64,000 bases of DNA from Cercozoa sp. M6MM. Lineage: Eukaryota > Protista > Endomyxa: Ascetosporea. Both the position numbers and the translations under genes were made by a program. Below, one piece after another: positions 22,040 to 39,944 of this stretch. Under the pieces are notes generated by a model. It searched no databases. It saw only the letters and a program-made list of their open reading frames with translations, and had not been told where the DNA came from. The first letter of the stretch is position 1. Each line of letters opens with the position of its first letter. The stretch lies in NCBI GenBank assembly GCA_040357565.1, contig JBDODJ010000058.1; one strand, written 5' to 3'.

Positions 22040-23250
22040 ATGTTTGTATTTTGCCTGCTGTTGGTGATTGCTGCGGCTAGGTGTGTGTGTGTTTTTTTTT
22101 TTTGTCTGATTGGGAAGCGATCTGTGATGCGTTAGTACAGTGCCCAGCAGCAAGAGAGGGAGCCTGTCCCGCAGCCTCGCACTCTGGTAAAGCAGTGACA
22201 TTTGCTTTTGTGCTAAATGTTGTTTGCACCGTTACTGCTGCAAACAACGTCTGTTTTTCATGGTGTGTTCCGGACAAGTTTAGGTGGTGCTGGACACGCC
22301 CGAGCGACTGCAGCAACACTCAGCATTTCTTCAGACGTTGCGCGAGCGGCAGCACCGTTTATCTTTCGCGCTCGCCAGTGACAAGGTACCTCTTGTTTCC
22401 TTATTCTGCATATCACAATCGATGTGCTTTTTGGTGTGCAGAAGCTTTCATTGTTTGAACATGGCGAGCCCAAGTTTGAAAATGCGCTAATCTTTACCAG
22501 CGATTCTCTCACGTTGAAGGTACACTATTTGGGCCAGAATTAGTAGCCTCGTACACGCCCATAACCGCTAATCCGTTGTTTAGGTCAAGGAGATGACTCG
22601 TTTCGTCGACGACGGCAACAACGTCATGGTCGTTGGCGACTCCATTGTACCTGTGAACCTATCGCACACCAGTGGATTTACGCTTGAATTAATCTGCGTG
22701 CAGGGCAAGTCTCTCCGGCAGTTTGCGGCGCAGTGCGGTGTTTCCTTTGGTGACACGCACGTGCATGGCACTGCAGAGTCGCGCAACTTTTTTCGCGAGG
22801 TATCTCTGCTCCGGTATGCCTCGACCCCTCCAAAAAGCATGTGACACTAATGAAGGCAACGATTGTCGGCGACGAAGCCGTCGCAAGTGATAAACCACTC
22901 CTATATTCGTACGTCGTGCATCGTGTATACACGTATGCTCTGCGCATATCCAAATGACGGTGACCTGTGCCTGCGAGCAGAGGCGTGTCACTAAAAGTGA
23001 GCGACTCGCCACTGTTGACAGAGATTCTGACCGCTGACGCCGTTGCTTTCACCGACAATGGTGTGTTCTGCCTTAGTACAAGTTGGTTTGTCTTTTCAGT
23101 TTGGTCTTGTGTCTTGTCAGGTGACGACAAGAAGAAGAAAGTTGGCACTGAGATCGTCCTCATTGCTGCTTTGCAAGTATGTTTCTTGCCGTGCGATATC
23201 CCTGATTTTTTGCACTTATGTGATACCGTGCGTGTGTGTCTGTGTATGTT

Positions 23251-23298
<48 letters not shown>

Positions 23299-23308
23299 NN
23301 NNNNNNNN

Positions 23309-23356
<48 letters not shown>

Positions 23357-24775
23357 GTTATGGTAGGCGCGAAACAATGCGCGAGTTCTCTTTTCTGGCA
23401 GCTCGTCCTTCTTTGACAACGCCGCTTTTGGTATCCCGCGTGTGTCTCTCTCCGTGAGTCGTTGTGTTTGTATCCCATGTCCGTGTAGCTAACTCATATC
23501 TCTTGAACAAACCTGTCGCTACCGCGCTTGGTGTGTGTGTCTTGTGAGTGACTTTCTGTACTTCACCTCTGCCACTTCCATCACTGTGCAGGTATCTGGG
23601 CTTGCAAGGAGCGCGGCTATTTGCGTGCCTCTCGCGTGTTGCATCAACTGTACCCCTGTCTAAACATTCCTTTTGTTTGTGTTTTTGTTGTTGCAAATTT
23701 CCTCTAGTCTGCCGATGCAAGGTGATGAAACTGAGTTCCGTGGCGGCGGTGATGACCATCAAGAGGATTTCTCGTTGGTGGGCGTGCCCATCGAACAACT
23801 GGGTACTCTCTCTGATTCGACACATGTTTGCAAGGCAGGTTGTATCGACTTGTGCCATAACTGCACCAGGCGATCGTTGGCGTCGAAACGCGCCGCGCGA
23901 GGACAATCCTGAGCTGTATCGGGTACCTGACCTGCGTGCACTTGTACATTCCGTACCGCATCTGTCTCTATTTTTGAGTGCTTTACAGGTTCGAGATCGA
24001 GTTCGCTTCTCGCTCGTTGTGGAAGAGTACGACGGCTACGCCCAGGTACCTTTGATTCTCTGCACTATGTTGCCCTGCGTGATGTATGTCTGCAGAAATG
24101 GCGTCCCTTCGTCGTGTCAAAGGATGACGTGCTTCAGTTTGAACTTCAACGTATCCGTTTTTTGTTCCAACGTTTATTCTGCGTGTGTTTGTATACACTT
24201 GATTGACGCAGGGCTAGACGTGTTCGTGCGGAGGGACATGGTTCCACTCGGTACGGCAGTCGTTGTTTCTTCCTCTACAAGTATGATTTTGGCAATGCAG
24301 GCGAAGGCAGGTATGGTGTGCACGTGCGTATGCCGCATCACTTCGGCGTCTTTCATGGTGCATCCGCATACAGTTTAAGAGGTGGCCCCGTTTATTCCAC
24401 TTTAATGTGTTTGTGTAGCCGTGGTCGACCATCGACGTCGAGGTCTCTCCGTGTTGCAGGTGTCTTGCTTTTCCTACGTTCGTGCGCTCTGTCTCAACGT
24501 TTATTGTTGTGTAGGTGAAAAGACAAATGGCAGTGCGCGAGTTCAACCACGACGAGTATCCGCGTTTTCTGTATTCTGCCTACCTCATACGTGTTTTGCA
24601 CCTCACCATCTCTAGAGAGTGCGGGTAGAATCGATTCGTACACTGCACGTATAGGCTCCATGCGATGCCGTACTACGCATCGACGTTGCTGATGGTCGCG
24701 AGTGTGCCTGTTGTCGCATTGCTGTTCGTGTTTAACGCGCGTGCTGCCGACGATTCTACCCGCAAAAGCAAGTGA
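22040..24775 (+). CDS. WBP1: oligosaccharyltransferase 48 kDa subunit (OST48/DDOST)
   Basis: Signal peptide MFVFCLLLVIAAAS, then RTL|VVLD, LSLFEHGEPKFENALIF, FVDDGNNVMVVGD, LRQFAAQCGVSF, PHHFGVF, VREFNHDEYPRF, PYY, a C-terminal TM and a basic tail RKSK*. Confidence 0.9.
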
Positions 24776-24779
24776 ACGA

Positions 24780-25743
24780 GCACATCATCAGATCTTTGGC
24801 CTCACCGCCACCACTGGTTTCACCACCAACTCTGGCCTCACCGCCACCACTGGTTTCACCACCAATGCTAGCCTCACCGCTACACCCGCCTTCACCGCCA
24901 TCCTTGCCCCCACGGCTAAACACGACCTTCGGGTCCATACTGGCGCATGCAAAAACGCCACCAATGGTTTCACGACCATGCTCAGAATAGCCAAGAGCGC
25001 AAACTCAGCATCGCAGACATCCGCACACTGCAAGCTTCAAGTACTACAACTGTGCTTAAATACCGCGAAAGTGCAATGAATGCAATGCCAGATCTGGGCA
25101 GACTCAGGACTCCCAACTGCAAGGGATGCAAACAACGACTACAAAAACGCGAAGTAAATGAGTGCCCCGACTGCGCGGTACCTGGGAAAATGCAGAATAC
25201 ACTCTCGACACGTACCACCGATTGCTGGAATGCAAGGTAACGGAAGCTATCAGAAACAACACCAATGCGGCTCAATGGCGCACAATTGAAGACATAAATT
25301 ACTGGCCAACCCTGAGAACCTAGCAACAGAATGCACCAAGGCACCAAGATCTCCTGGGACGAGGAAGCAACTGTCGAAGGACAACCAGCCTCCCAGCAGG
25401 CACTGGACCGAGTCCCCGACATAGACTAGGCCACCACTCACAGCAGTGGTGGCCCTACGTCTATGTCTGTTTGTCTGTTTTGTTTAGTTATCAGTTATCG
25501 AGTGGAGAGACGGGAGGACGACGACGGGACGACCCGACGCGGCCTGCGACGCCTCTCTACTTGTAGCCCGCTACCTGCACCAACCATGAAGTCGACTTCG
25601 GTGTCTGGGGAACGTCAAAAGGGGAGTTGTATGGTCCTACCCTAAGCGGGCGGTAAACACGGCCATGCTCTTGTGACCCACCCCAGACTGGTGCAGGGGA
25701 ACTACATAGTTGGTTTCCTAGAAGACTCAACTAACTGACTACT
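24780..25743 (+). mobile_element. 5'-truncated, frameshifted LINE-like retrotransposon (family A): ORF2 C-terminal Zn finger, 3' UTR and (AACT)n tail
   Basis: CKGC...CPDC followed, after a frameshift, by GTWENAEYTLDTYHRLLEC (CCHC type). 25172-25556 is highly similar to the reverse complement of about 37690-38073. Ends GACTCAACTAACTGACT. 36-bp tandem repeat at about 24797-24880. Confidence 0.8.
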
Positions 25744-25899
25744 GAAAGTGTGCAGTAACAAAACGGAAATAATATCACACGAAAGTTGGACGGCTCAGGC
25801 TCAGCACCGTCGGCACACGACGTCATCGCATGCATGCGTCGAATGCAAGCCGAGAGCAGCGTCTGACCGATTTAGCATCCACTGATTGGATTCGCCGGT

Positions 25900-30388
<4,489 letters not shown>

Positions 30389-30711
30389 TCACTGTTGTTC
30401 CCGGCAATTTTGTGGAACTGTCTTTACGTGCGAACACAGTGAGGAAATGCACCAAATAGGCCGATTCGATGCCAGCGGCGCTGCCAGTGACGCAAGGGAT
30501 GAATCTGCGCACGTACGCTGATTAAGGACGCTCAGAACAAACGAAAAAAAAAGAGTCAAAGGCCCTTCCGCGCGCGGTTCGCTCGTCAAAACCTCTTTAT
30601 CACCAAAACGCCCTAGGCTAAACGCAAATGTACCTTGCCTACGTTTGTTGTCACCACTGCGACCGAGTGGCTTTCGCAGTGTTGGTTCTGTTGTTTTCGT
30701 CTGAGCGCCGG

Positions 30712-31276
30712 ATGTTCTGGCTCACAGACTCCGGCTCGGAGCTGAAACTACTTTTCGGTACTGTAGAAATGCACCAAAGTCGGTACAGTCGATGCTCAAC
30801 AAAGCTAGATTTAGAAATACCATAACGGTGTTTATGCGAAGCCTTTATACGTGGCATTAATGTGCGCAACGTTAAAGTCCCGATGAAGACACTCCGAATG
30901 CTGATTCATAAGCAGCTTGGCTACCAAGACGTTCGGACCTTGATTCAAGTTAGCTAAAGTTGAGTTGAGTTGAGTTGAGCTAGAGTTCGGCAGTTTGGTA
31001 CATGCGCAGACAGGTAACATTGTGTTTCAGACAGCACAGGACGATGACGCGGCAGATATCCAGGCTGCTAGAGCAATATTTCCAAGGTACCACCGTACCA
31101 CGCGTTGGTATGACGGTATCTGGACGGTGCCAAAGAATACATGCGTCGCTGTGATTTGGTCCTTCGCTTACCCCTTTACCCCTTACCCCCGCTTCAAGAA
31201 AGGTGACAGCAAGCGACGCAACACCTGCGAAGTCTGTTTGTCGGGGGTCGTCCGCGAATTTATTGCGTCTCTGTGA
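30712..31276 (+). CDS. DUF1697-family protein (at least 2 introns; alternative ATG at 30628)
   Basis: Spliced LF|AFIRGINVRNVKVPMKTLRMLIHKQLGYQDVRTLIQ|TGNIVF matches the DUF1697 N-terminal signature (LRGINV..K.M..L...LG..V.T..QSGNVVF). Confidence 0.75.
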
Positions 31277-31733
31277 GGCCACAAAAATCGACTTCGGATG
31301 TAAACATGATTACAACAAGAGACGAGACAACAAGAGACGAGAAATGAGCTGAAGGACGGTCGGAAATAGTGCCCTATTCTAGAATATAGTGCCTAGTTCT
31401 AGAATATGGGGCATGTAGTTCGAGAAGTTGTGCGCACGGGGCAACAGTGCCGTACGCGTGACTCTATCTCCGGATTATTTCGCTTGACTGCCTGCAGATT
31501 CGTCACTGATCATGAGTGTAAACTTAGTCGACGGAGTCGGCGAATAACACATCGCATCCGCCTGCCGAATTTGTTTAATTTACGTTCGAGTTCCATTTAC
31601 TTTTAACGTAAGTTCCATTCACGTCATGATCAGTTTGATGAGTCGCATGCGCACTTGGCCGCCGTGCACTCGCACCCGGAGCCGACCCGGGGACGCGATG
31701 ACGCTCGCCGGGCGAAGAAAACTGTAGCGCTAG

Positions 31734-34700
31734 CTAGCATAGGGTACCAGTCCGATCGACTACAGGCTGCCCCGCCGTCGCCTGTGCTTTCAGTTCAGTT
31801 GCGACCAACGGAGCGGATACTGGAATTGTCGCCTCAAGCTCGGTTATCTGAGCTCGAATCGCATTCAGTAGTTGGCGTTTCTCTTGCCAAACAGCGCCCG
31901 ACTCCTGGCTTGGATGGTGAATGAGCTTGAGTAGCTCCATTTCTTCGTTGCGCAACGTCTCTAACACATGTCTTGCACTTTGCACCAGGGGTGACTCCAA
32001 GTCGGTGTTGTCACCTGTTTTGGATTCGTATCGTTGAGCTGACGCATTGGACAAAGGCTGCATTGCATTACGCGCTCCTTCTGCCTGCAGAAGACAACGA
32101 AGTTCTTCGCGAATCTGCACCAACTCGCTGCGGTCACGATGAATGCCCGCATGAGCGATTTGTAGACGTTTCGAGGTTTGCAAGTCGGCGTTTTGCCTTG
32201 ATGTTTCTGCCAACTGCGCGCGCGTTCGCATCGCATGATCCAGAGCCTTATTTAACTGCGCCCGGAGTTGCTTTTCTGTTGCTTTGCGTGTCTCATTTTC
32301 TGATTTCTTCGTATTGCAATTTGAATATTAGCGCACCGACAGTTTCATGTCACAAGCAAAAACTGAAGAAGATAACAAGCAGCTTACCAGTCGGTCGACT
32401 TCATCTTTGAGCGCTTCGTTTTCTCTCCGTAGGATAACAGCATCGTCGCTTTCTCTCGATTTGCGCATCTTTTGAAGAGCAGTTTCAAGTTGAATCACTT
32501 TGTTCTCGGCCTGACGTTGTTGCTCGCGCGCTTGCTGAGCCTCGCGGCGTGCTTCTTCTTTCCGTCGTCTCGCTTGTTCGGAAGAAGCTTCCGCTGCATT
32601 CTTTGCCGTCTGCAAGCGCGCTGCACAGCTGTCTTGCCATCGCTTTCGCTCTGTTCAGGCACAGTTAATCGGTGCGAGAAGTGACTTATCAGGTACCTCT
32701 TTGCGTTTCTTGCTGCAGTTGTGCCACCGCGGACAATTTGGACTTGGCTTGAGCTTGCTGCACCAAGTAGAATAGAAAAACACCTCATGGACGGAGAGAA
32801 GCAGACAGGAAAGTGCGCACTTTTGCCTCGGCGTCAGCAAGAGCAGCGCGCAGTTTTCGCTCTAAAACAACGCATTGCTCGCGTCGCTGCTGCAGTTGCT
32901 TTTGAAGAGACTGCCACTGCCTGAAAGCACTCGTAATTTCCATAGAAATCAGTGTACGGTATTTTGTGTACTTTGCCCAGAGTTCCTCCAGTTGGCGCAA
33001 TCGTTTCTTCTCCAACGCATGTGCGCGTACTTGGGCAGCAGTTTTAAAGTCGAACTCCCACTGCCTCAGTCGCAGAAGTTGTCGTTGCTGCAGTTCGTGC
33101 GGCGAGCAACTTTGTTTATGCGCGTCAAAAGCAAGATTCCCTTTATCCCTGTCTGTATCTGCGTGCATGTAAACACTCGCGTCTACAGAATAGGCATCGC
33201 TCTGCACATTCTCCGAGACTGTGTCATCCTCTTCTGTCTCTTCTTCCTCGTCCTTTTCTGTCTCTTCTTCCTCTTCCTTTTCTGTCTCTTCTTCCTCGTC
33301 CTCTTTCTCTTCTTCTCTTCTTGGTTGCTGAAACTGTTGCAGCAGTTGCAGTTGTTGCTGTCCCTGCTCGTAGATTCCGATATCTGTGTCCATTTGCTGC
33401 AGGGCCATCTGCAAGCGAACGAATGCGATGGCTTGCGACAATGCAGACTCCCGTAACGGCACAAACTCGTCCTGTACGTGTATCAAATTCCAGTAAAGAG
33501 TATTCGCAAATGTATGGGTGTACCAGGAAATGTGGAGCGTTGACAATAGAGTCGAGAGGCACCATTGCACTTGCCACCGGGACTTGTTCCACCAGCAAAG
33601 TCAAGTGCAGCGGTGGCAGTGAACCCAGTGCCTGTGCTGGAGCGACGCATTCACGAACACACACGGCCGATTGGAGTAACGTCTCTTCGTTCAGAGACAC
33701 ACTGACGGGTGCAGTGCGCACCTGAGTTTGCTGAAAGACACTGTGAGCATGCGTGTAGACGACTTGAACCGTCTCATTCGACAGCGGTGGTGGTATCGAG
33801 AGCACGCGCAATGACCTCAAGTCGCAGCTCAGGCGCCAACGTGGCATGCGGACAGGCATCGGCGCAGGGGCTTCTGGCAGAGTTGGAACGTGCACTTGCT
33901 TAGGTGGTGTCGTCGGTAGAGAGGGCGATGAATCACCCGTATCGATGTATCGAGCATCCGTCGACTGTTGCTCTGCCTCTTGAGGACTCCGTTTGGGCCC
34001 CGAATCTGGCTCAGCTTTTGCCTCCTTCTTCCGTGCTTGTTTGAAAGGTCGCGAAGCAGTTTTGTTTCGCGAAGCTAAGACACGCTGCTGACGCTCTTCT
34101 GCCGGCACGAAACGACTGCAAGACTTCATGAAGTACGCCAGTTTGACCTCCTGGGTAGACACAGAGCCTTACAATACATTGAGATGGAACTGAGCACACT
34201 TACAGGATACTGTCCAGTTGCATCGCATCGACGTGCTCCGCGCAAGCGTTGCCAGTACGCGTCGGTGCGACGGTTGCGAGCGTTGAGCCTGGCCGTTTTA
34301 AGGTCCAGAACGATATGGCCGAGCAACGAGCGTTGCGCTTTGACACTCTCCAGAGCTTTTTCTGGAAAAGAAAAACTGAGGTGCGCATTAAAAGTGCAGG
34401 ACGGCATTGTTAGAAGGTACCTGCAGTAAGAGACGACATGTCACTTGGGGCAGCGCGTACCAGTATGCACTCGAGCCGCACAGCACAGCCCCGCGAGCGC
34501 AAAAGGCGTAACTCTTCGCTAGTGTAGGTCCAATGCAGCTGGTTTCGTCGACTGCCCGGTCGATCGAACAACAGAGAATTCACGCGCGAAAGCGATGGCA
34601 CGCGGAGCAATTCGCTATGCCACTTTCTCGACTCAAGGTCTGATTCGTCGGGCCGAGGCGACAAAGCGACAGTAAACACGAGTGCCTCCGCCACATCGGC

Positions 34701-34881
34701 TTGCTGACCAAGGTGAACAAAATGTCTGCCTTCTCTCACATGGATGGTCAGTTTCTGCACCTACGAAGCCACAAAAACTTGGGTTTGCTCGAAGAAAATG
34801 AGAGTTTTTGCCTCTGGCCGGAGCGCAACCCACCGTCTCAAAGGACGACCCCGAGGCGAGTGATCCGCTGCTAGCTGGCAT
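31734..34881 (-). CDS. CEP120: centrosomal protein CEP120-like (C2 domains plus coiled coil)
   Basis: IHVREGRHF...LHW...VRLEC...LGHIVLDLKTA resembles CEP120 C2A (EGRHF...IGYIVLDLRTA). RLSCDLRSL resembles C2C (FSIDLRSI). Long Q/E/R coiled-coil C-terminus. Confidence 0.8.
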
Positions 34882-35074
34882 CGCAAGCACTACCAAAGCG
34901 GACAGAGGCAATTCATGTGCATATTGTCTACAGACACTTTTAGTATTCTGCGTTGTCCGCGCGTAACTCCACACTACTTGCTCACAGTAAAATTGCCAGA
35001 ATCGACAAATCTGTTATATGCCAAAAACGCGCTCGTGTGCACTAAACTGGCGTTAATTCGGACTAGACACACTT

Positions 35075-36242
35075 ATGAACACACCATCCTTCTCTACGTT
35101 TACGGAGGGCCAGCGCAGCGGCATCCGTATTGGGGTTTGTTTGTTTGGGGGCCAATACTTGATTCTATCGTTATATTTTGCAGGGTTGGGAGGTCTCAGC
35201 AGTCCAAGGAACGCACATTGCCAATGAGACTGTACGCGACGAGCTGGAGCGCCAGCTCGCGCTGCCCGAGTTGGTATGTGAACACGCTCCCTCTCTTTAT
35301 TTGGCATGTTGCTCTGTCTGTTGCATGCAGCCAGAGATGCTGCACGACAGGCATGAAGTGATTTTAACACATGGTGACAAGTTTTCGGCCACGTTGAACA
35401 CGTTGCACTGCCTCCAATCGCTGCCAAAGGTACCAACAACTGTTGACTTGGATGAAGAGTGTGACACTCGTGTGTCTGTTTCCAGGAGGCCGGCGTGCAA
35501 GTGGCGGCTGCGCGAGAGTGGCAGGAAGCAAAGTACACCATTGCACTCTAAACATTCACTGTACTATACGGTGCACAGTTCAGGGTATGAGCAAGCTCGG
35601 CAGTTTGACTGGACGTACAGCACGCACTCACATGGTGACGTGCGCGGCACTCCTTGCGATCAGGAAGGCTCCATCGACACGCAGCTGGTACCTGTGTCAC
35701 AGAGACACGTTCACACGGCCACACAGACACTGATGTAGTTGATGAGGAGGGATCCAATTCTGTGGAGCACTGATGTCATTCTGTTTGAGGATGAGTTACA
35801 CGACTGCGGCGTCAGTCAGGTACATCGTGTTTGTTGCGCTTAAGTTACCTACTTGGAAGAAAAACAATGTGCTCACAGGTCAGAGTACGGGCACGTGTGA
35901 TGCCAACATGCTTTCTGGTGCTCATGCGAAGTTTCGTTCGCGCTGACAATGTCGTTGTGAGGCTGAGAGACACTCGCTTTTTCCACGTTTTTGGCTCGGA
36001 CACTGTCGTGCAAGACATGCAGTACAGAGAGGTATACCCACACGCAGTACGCGACTGAACGTAAACATCTGCGTGTTGACGTGTCACTTTGCATGTGCTA
36101 TCTCTGTCAATAGTGCAAATGGGAGCGTCTTCCGCCCTACATGCGTGGGATCGTCATCGCCGACACAGAACAGGCGGCACAAACCGTGTTCTCGCAGTTG
36201 CCGGTCACCACACACACCGTCCGCGTGTTTTCACTTGTTTAG
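35075..36242 (+). CDS. TIPRL: TIP41-like PP2A regulator
   Basis: L|PEML, FDWTYST, DPILWSTDVILFEDELHDCG, VRARVMPTCFLVLMRSFVRADNVVVRLRDTR. Confidence 0.93.
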
Positions 36243-36559
36243 GAGACGCGGTATCCGATCTATTGAAGACAAACAACTGCAGTGAACAGCTATGCCGTAC
36301 TGTAACTCCTCGCGTCGCCTCTGACTCGGATGCATGCGATCGGATGCGGCGCGCGGTAAACACGACGGATGCGTACGTGTACCGTACATGTGTTGAGTGA
36401 CGTGAGTAAGCTTGGATTTATGCTGCACCGGTAGTTACAATGTCAGCAGCGGAGTTTCGATGTCGAGTCGTATACATGATCGTCGCGTCGCGTGTACATC
36501 GCATGCATGAGTGTCGCGATAACCGTAATCTATGTCCAGTCCGTTGTCGTTTCTCTATG

Positions 36560-38155
36560 CGATGGTACGCCTACATCCACCCAACCGACAGAAACTGCAA
36601 GGAACAAATGCAGCAGCTGACAACTGACTTCAAGGAATTCCGCAGTAGAAGGAGCCTGGTCTCATTCTTGGCGGCCTTAATGCAAAACACGCCAAGTGGT
36701 GTGCACATACCAGAGATCAAGCTGGATACTCCCAAGAACACGTAGACAACGGTACAACGAGAACCACATCAGCGCGGGCGAACAAGCAAGGCATTGCCCT
36801 ACAAGAAGCAATAGCTGAAAATGACTGGGAGATACTCAACAAGTACACTCCAACCCACAGCTACAGAGTCCGAGGAGGCAGAGGCCAAGCCCAGAACAAC
36901 GATAGACCTCGCGATAGCTGACAGTGTCATCTCAACACAATCTACAATATCGGTCTACGATCACCTGCACTTCCTATACAGCGACCACCACGCTGTTATG
37001 GTCACAGTGGAACGAGCAGTGCGTAAACCAAAACACATCATACGGAGAAAGAACTACAAGGAGATAGATCTCCAAAAATACACAGAACATGAATCGATTC
37101 GACTGCTATCACAAGGGAGAGATGTAGACAACATCGAGCAAATCAGCAAATCAATGACACAGTCGAAGACATCACCAAAGCCGGGCAGGAAGCCATAGAA
37201 GAGGCAACACCTACCAAAATAATCACCCAACACTCATGCCTAGGCATATCGGTCGACTCGATAAAGATCAAGAGGAACGCATACGGAACCATGAAACTTA
37301 TTAAGGAACTGAAAAACAAAAATGAAGATGCATCTATATCCAAGTACCAATCTGGGTGGAAACAACACATGTCAACGTTGGACACACTGGCTTAACAGCA
37401 GGCAGAAATGGCAAAGAGAACAGGTGAGTACATGACAGTCATTAGTCTAGACATCACAGGCTTCTTCGACAAGCTCCACAAAGAGGGCGCAATCATTGCC
37501 CTGTCTAAACATGTGAATGGCAAAGAACTCTCATGGAGTCCTTCCTCTCAGACAGAACCATCTCGGCGAGAAAAAACGACACCGAATCAACAGACAAACA
37601 AGTCAACGGCAGTACTCCCCAAGGGGCCATCTGCAGCCCACTACTCGCAAAGACCTTCCTCGATGACATGCACATACACTGCAAAGAACAGGAGGGCGTC
37701 GCAGGCGGTGTCGGTCGTCCCGTCGTCGTCCTCCCGTCTCTCCACTCGATAACGAAGCAAGCAATCAGACATAGACTTAGGGCCACCACTGTTGTGAGTG
37801 GTGGCCTAAGTTTAGTCTATGTCGGGGACCTCTCGGTCCATTGCCTGCTGGGAGGCTGGTTGTCCTTCGACAGTTGCTTCCTCGTCCAGGAGATCTTGGT
37901 GCCTTGGTGCATTCTGTTGAGTGTTGCTAGGTTCTCAGGGTTGGCCAGTATGTCTTCAATTGTGCGCCATTGGGCCGCATTGGTGTTGTTTCTGATAGCT
38001 TCCGTTACTTTGCATTCCAGCAATCGGTGGTACGTGTCGAGGGTGTCTTCTGCATTTTCCCAGGTACCCGCGCACCCCAATGACGAACGTTTGACGGCTT
38101 CATGTCGCCAACGCAAGTTTCAACGTTCTTAAAAGACTGAACTAACTAACTAACT
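36560..38155 (+). mobile_element. degenerate LINE: APE endonuclease and partial RT, interrupted by an inverted family-A segment, ending in a family-B (AACT)n tail
   Basis: TIDLAIAD...SDHHAV (APE C-terminal motifs), VISLDITGFFDK and GSTPQGAICSPLLAKTFLDD (RT motifs). Stops and frameshifts present. About 37690-38073 is inverted. Tail AAGACTGAACTAACTAACTAACT. Confidence 0.88.
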
Positions 38156-38251
38156 TCGGTTCTCTCTGTTCAGCTGCCAGCACAGCGGCGTCAGACGAAG
38201 TCGCGTCCGCATGCGATTGAGTGATTGGTGAATACGCGACGGTAATGTAGT

Positions 38252-39511
38252 TTACCAGCCGTAGCGCTGACGTGCGCGTTTCGAACGACCGGTGCTCTTA
38301 GTCTTGCCATATTCTAGCTCAAGCAGACGCTGCTGGGCGTTGAATGCAATGCTGCCGATCTGTGCAACGATGATAGAAGTAAAAGTCAGATCAGACAAAG
38401 ACAAAACGCTATACCTGATTCTTTTGACGAGCCACGGCACTAGGCAGGGAAGGACGGGACACGACGCCCGCAGTCGAGCTGTACGCCTTGACGCTAGCAG
38501 TGATCCGGCGCTGCTTTCGGCGACTACAAAGCCCAATGTAGAGACACACGCACACACATAGTCAATGTACAGATATGTGATACAGTTCAAGTTCACGCTG
38601 GTCCGGTGCCCAGTTGACCGCATCGTGTACTTTGGCTTCCTTTTCCCGGGGTTCTGATGCCTTCTTTCTCTCTCCTTGCAGTCGCTTCATCTTCTGCTCA
38701 GTGTCCTCGGTGGCCCTCTCGACGTCTTCTGGCTCCAGTAGCGGGGCCGCAAACTCTGCGACAAATCATTACCAGTGACCTTGAAAGAGTTGAAGGTAAC
38801 AGTAAGACACAAAGATACCGGTGGCATGCACTGGCGTGTCGGCGGCAGACAGCATGACAACCTTTACCTCGGCTACGCAAGAACCGAACATGCTGAGATG
38901 AGAAACGTCCCAAAAAAAGAGTAAAACATACCTTTCTTCTGCACAATCGTGGACGAAACTGTCGGCTGTTGAGACCTCAACGCCTGCAAACGCAAAATAC
39001 AGTCCATATGAAAGGCACAAACTAGTCAAAGTACCTCAAGCGCACGCGCACGTCGGACGCGCGCAGCAAGAGATGTTCGCTGTCTTTTGGGGGTAGGTTC
39101 CTTTGCATCTTCGTCTTCTTCGTCGCTTTCACTGTGTGATTTGGCAGCAGGCATCGGGACGGCGAAACCGTCCGCCAACTCTTGTTCTTGTTCGCTTTGG
39201 GCCACCTTGGCTTTACTCGGCTCAGCGTAGACAGGATTTGATTCCTCTGTATCACTGTCGCTGTCACCATCCTTGATCTAAGACAGTGTTGTGCTTGATA
39301 TAGAACGTAAATGAAGCAAGCAAAGGTACCGTCACAGGTCCAAGGTCGACCGGTTTCGTGTCTGACTTAAATCGCTCTCCTTTCGACGACTGTGCGGATT
39401 CTTTTGGGTCGGGAAGTGCGGAAAAAAGCGAGGGTGCACTTCGTTTTGCCTTGCCTGGAGCCGGAAGAGACGAAAACAACCCGCCTACCACGACACAGCA
39501 AAACAGATCCC

Positions 39512-39559
<48 letters not shown>

Positions 39560-39569
39560 NNNNNNNNNN

Positions 39570-39618
<49 letters not shown>

Positions 39619-39944
39619 CACACACACGCACACACACACACGCGCGCACACACATACATACAAAGGGCAGCAAAGCACAAGCATAGGCAAAGTTGTGTTG
39701 TACCGGACTTGGAGGAAGCGGATGCCGGCTTTGGGAGCGATGAGAAAAGCCCACCTGACTTGGACAAACCACCATCGTTTTTGCCGGCACCAAATAATGA
39801 CGCAGATGGATTTGGCTTTGACGTGATTGACTTGGCCGGCGAAGTAGACGAAGGAAGCGGCACCGACGGTGTCAAGTCGATCCCGAAAGAGGAATTCGGC
39901 TCCTCACTGTCGCTTTCGCTGTCACTATAGTTTAGCAGTGACAT
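38252..39944 (-). CDS. PRCC: PRCC-family proline-rich splicing/checkpoint factor
   Basis: N-terminus MSLLNYSDSES, LFSSLP repeats, and C-terminus Q|IGSIAFNAQQRLLELEY...RARQRYGW*, which resembles the PRCC end (HQITYL..A..RELEL...KYGF). Confidence 0.75.

Noticed and set aside
24797-24880. CRISPR-like 36-bp repeats
   Set aside because: Tandem units without unique spacers, at the 5' edge of a LINE fragment in a eukaryotic genome.
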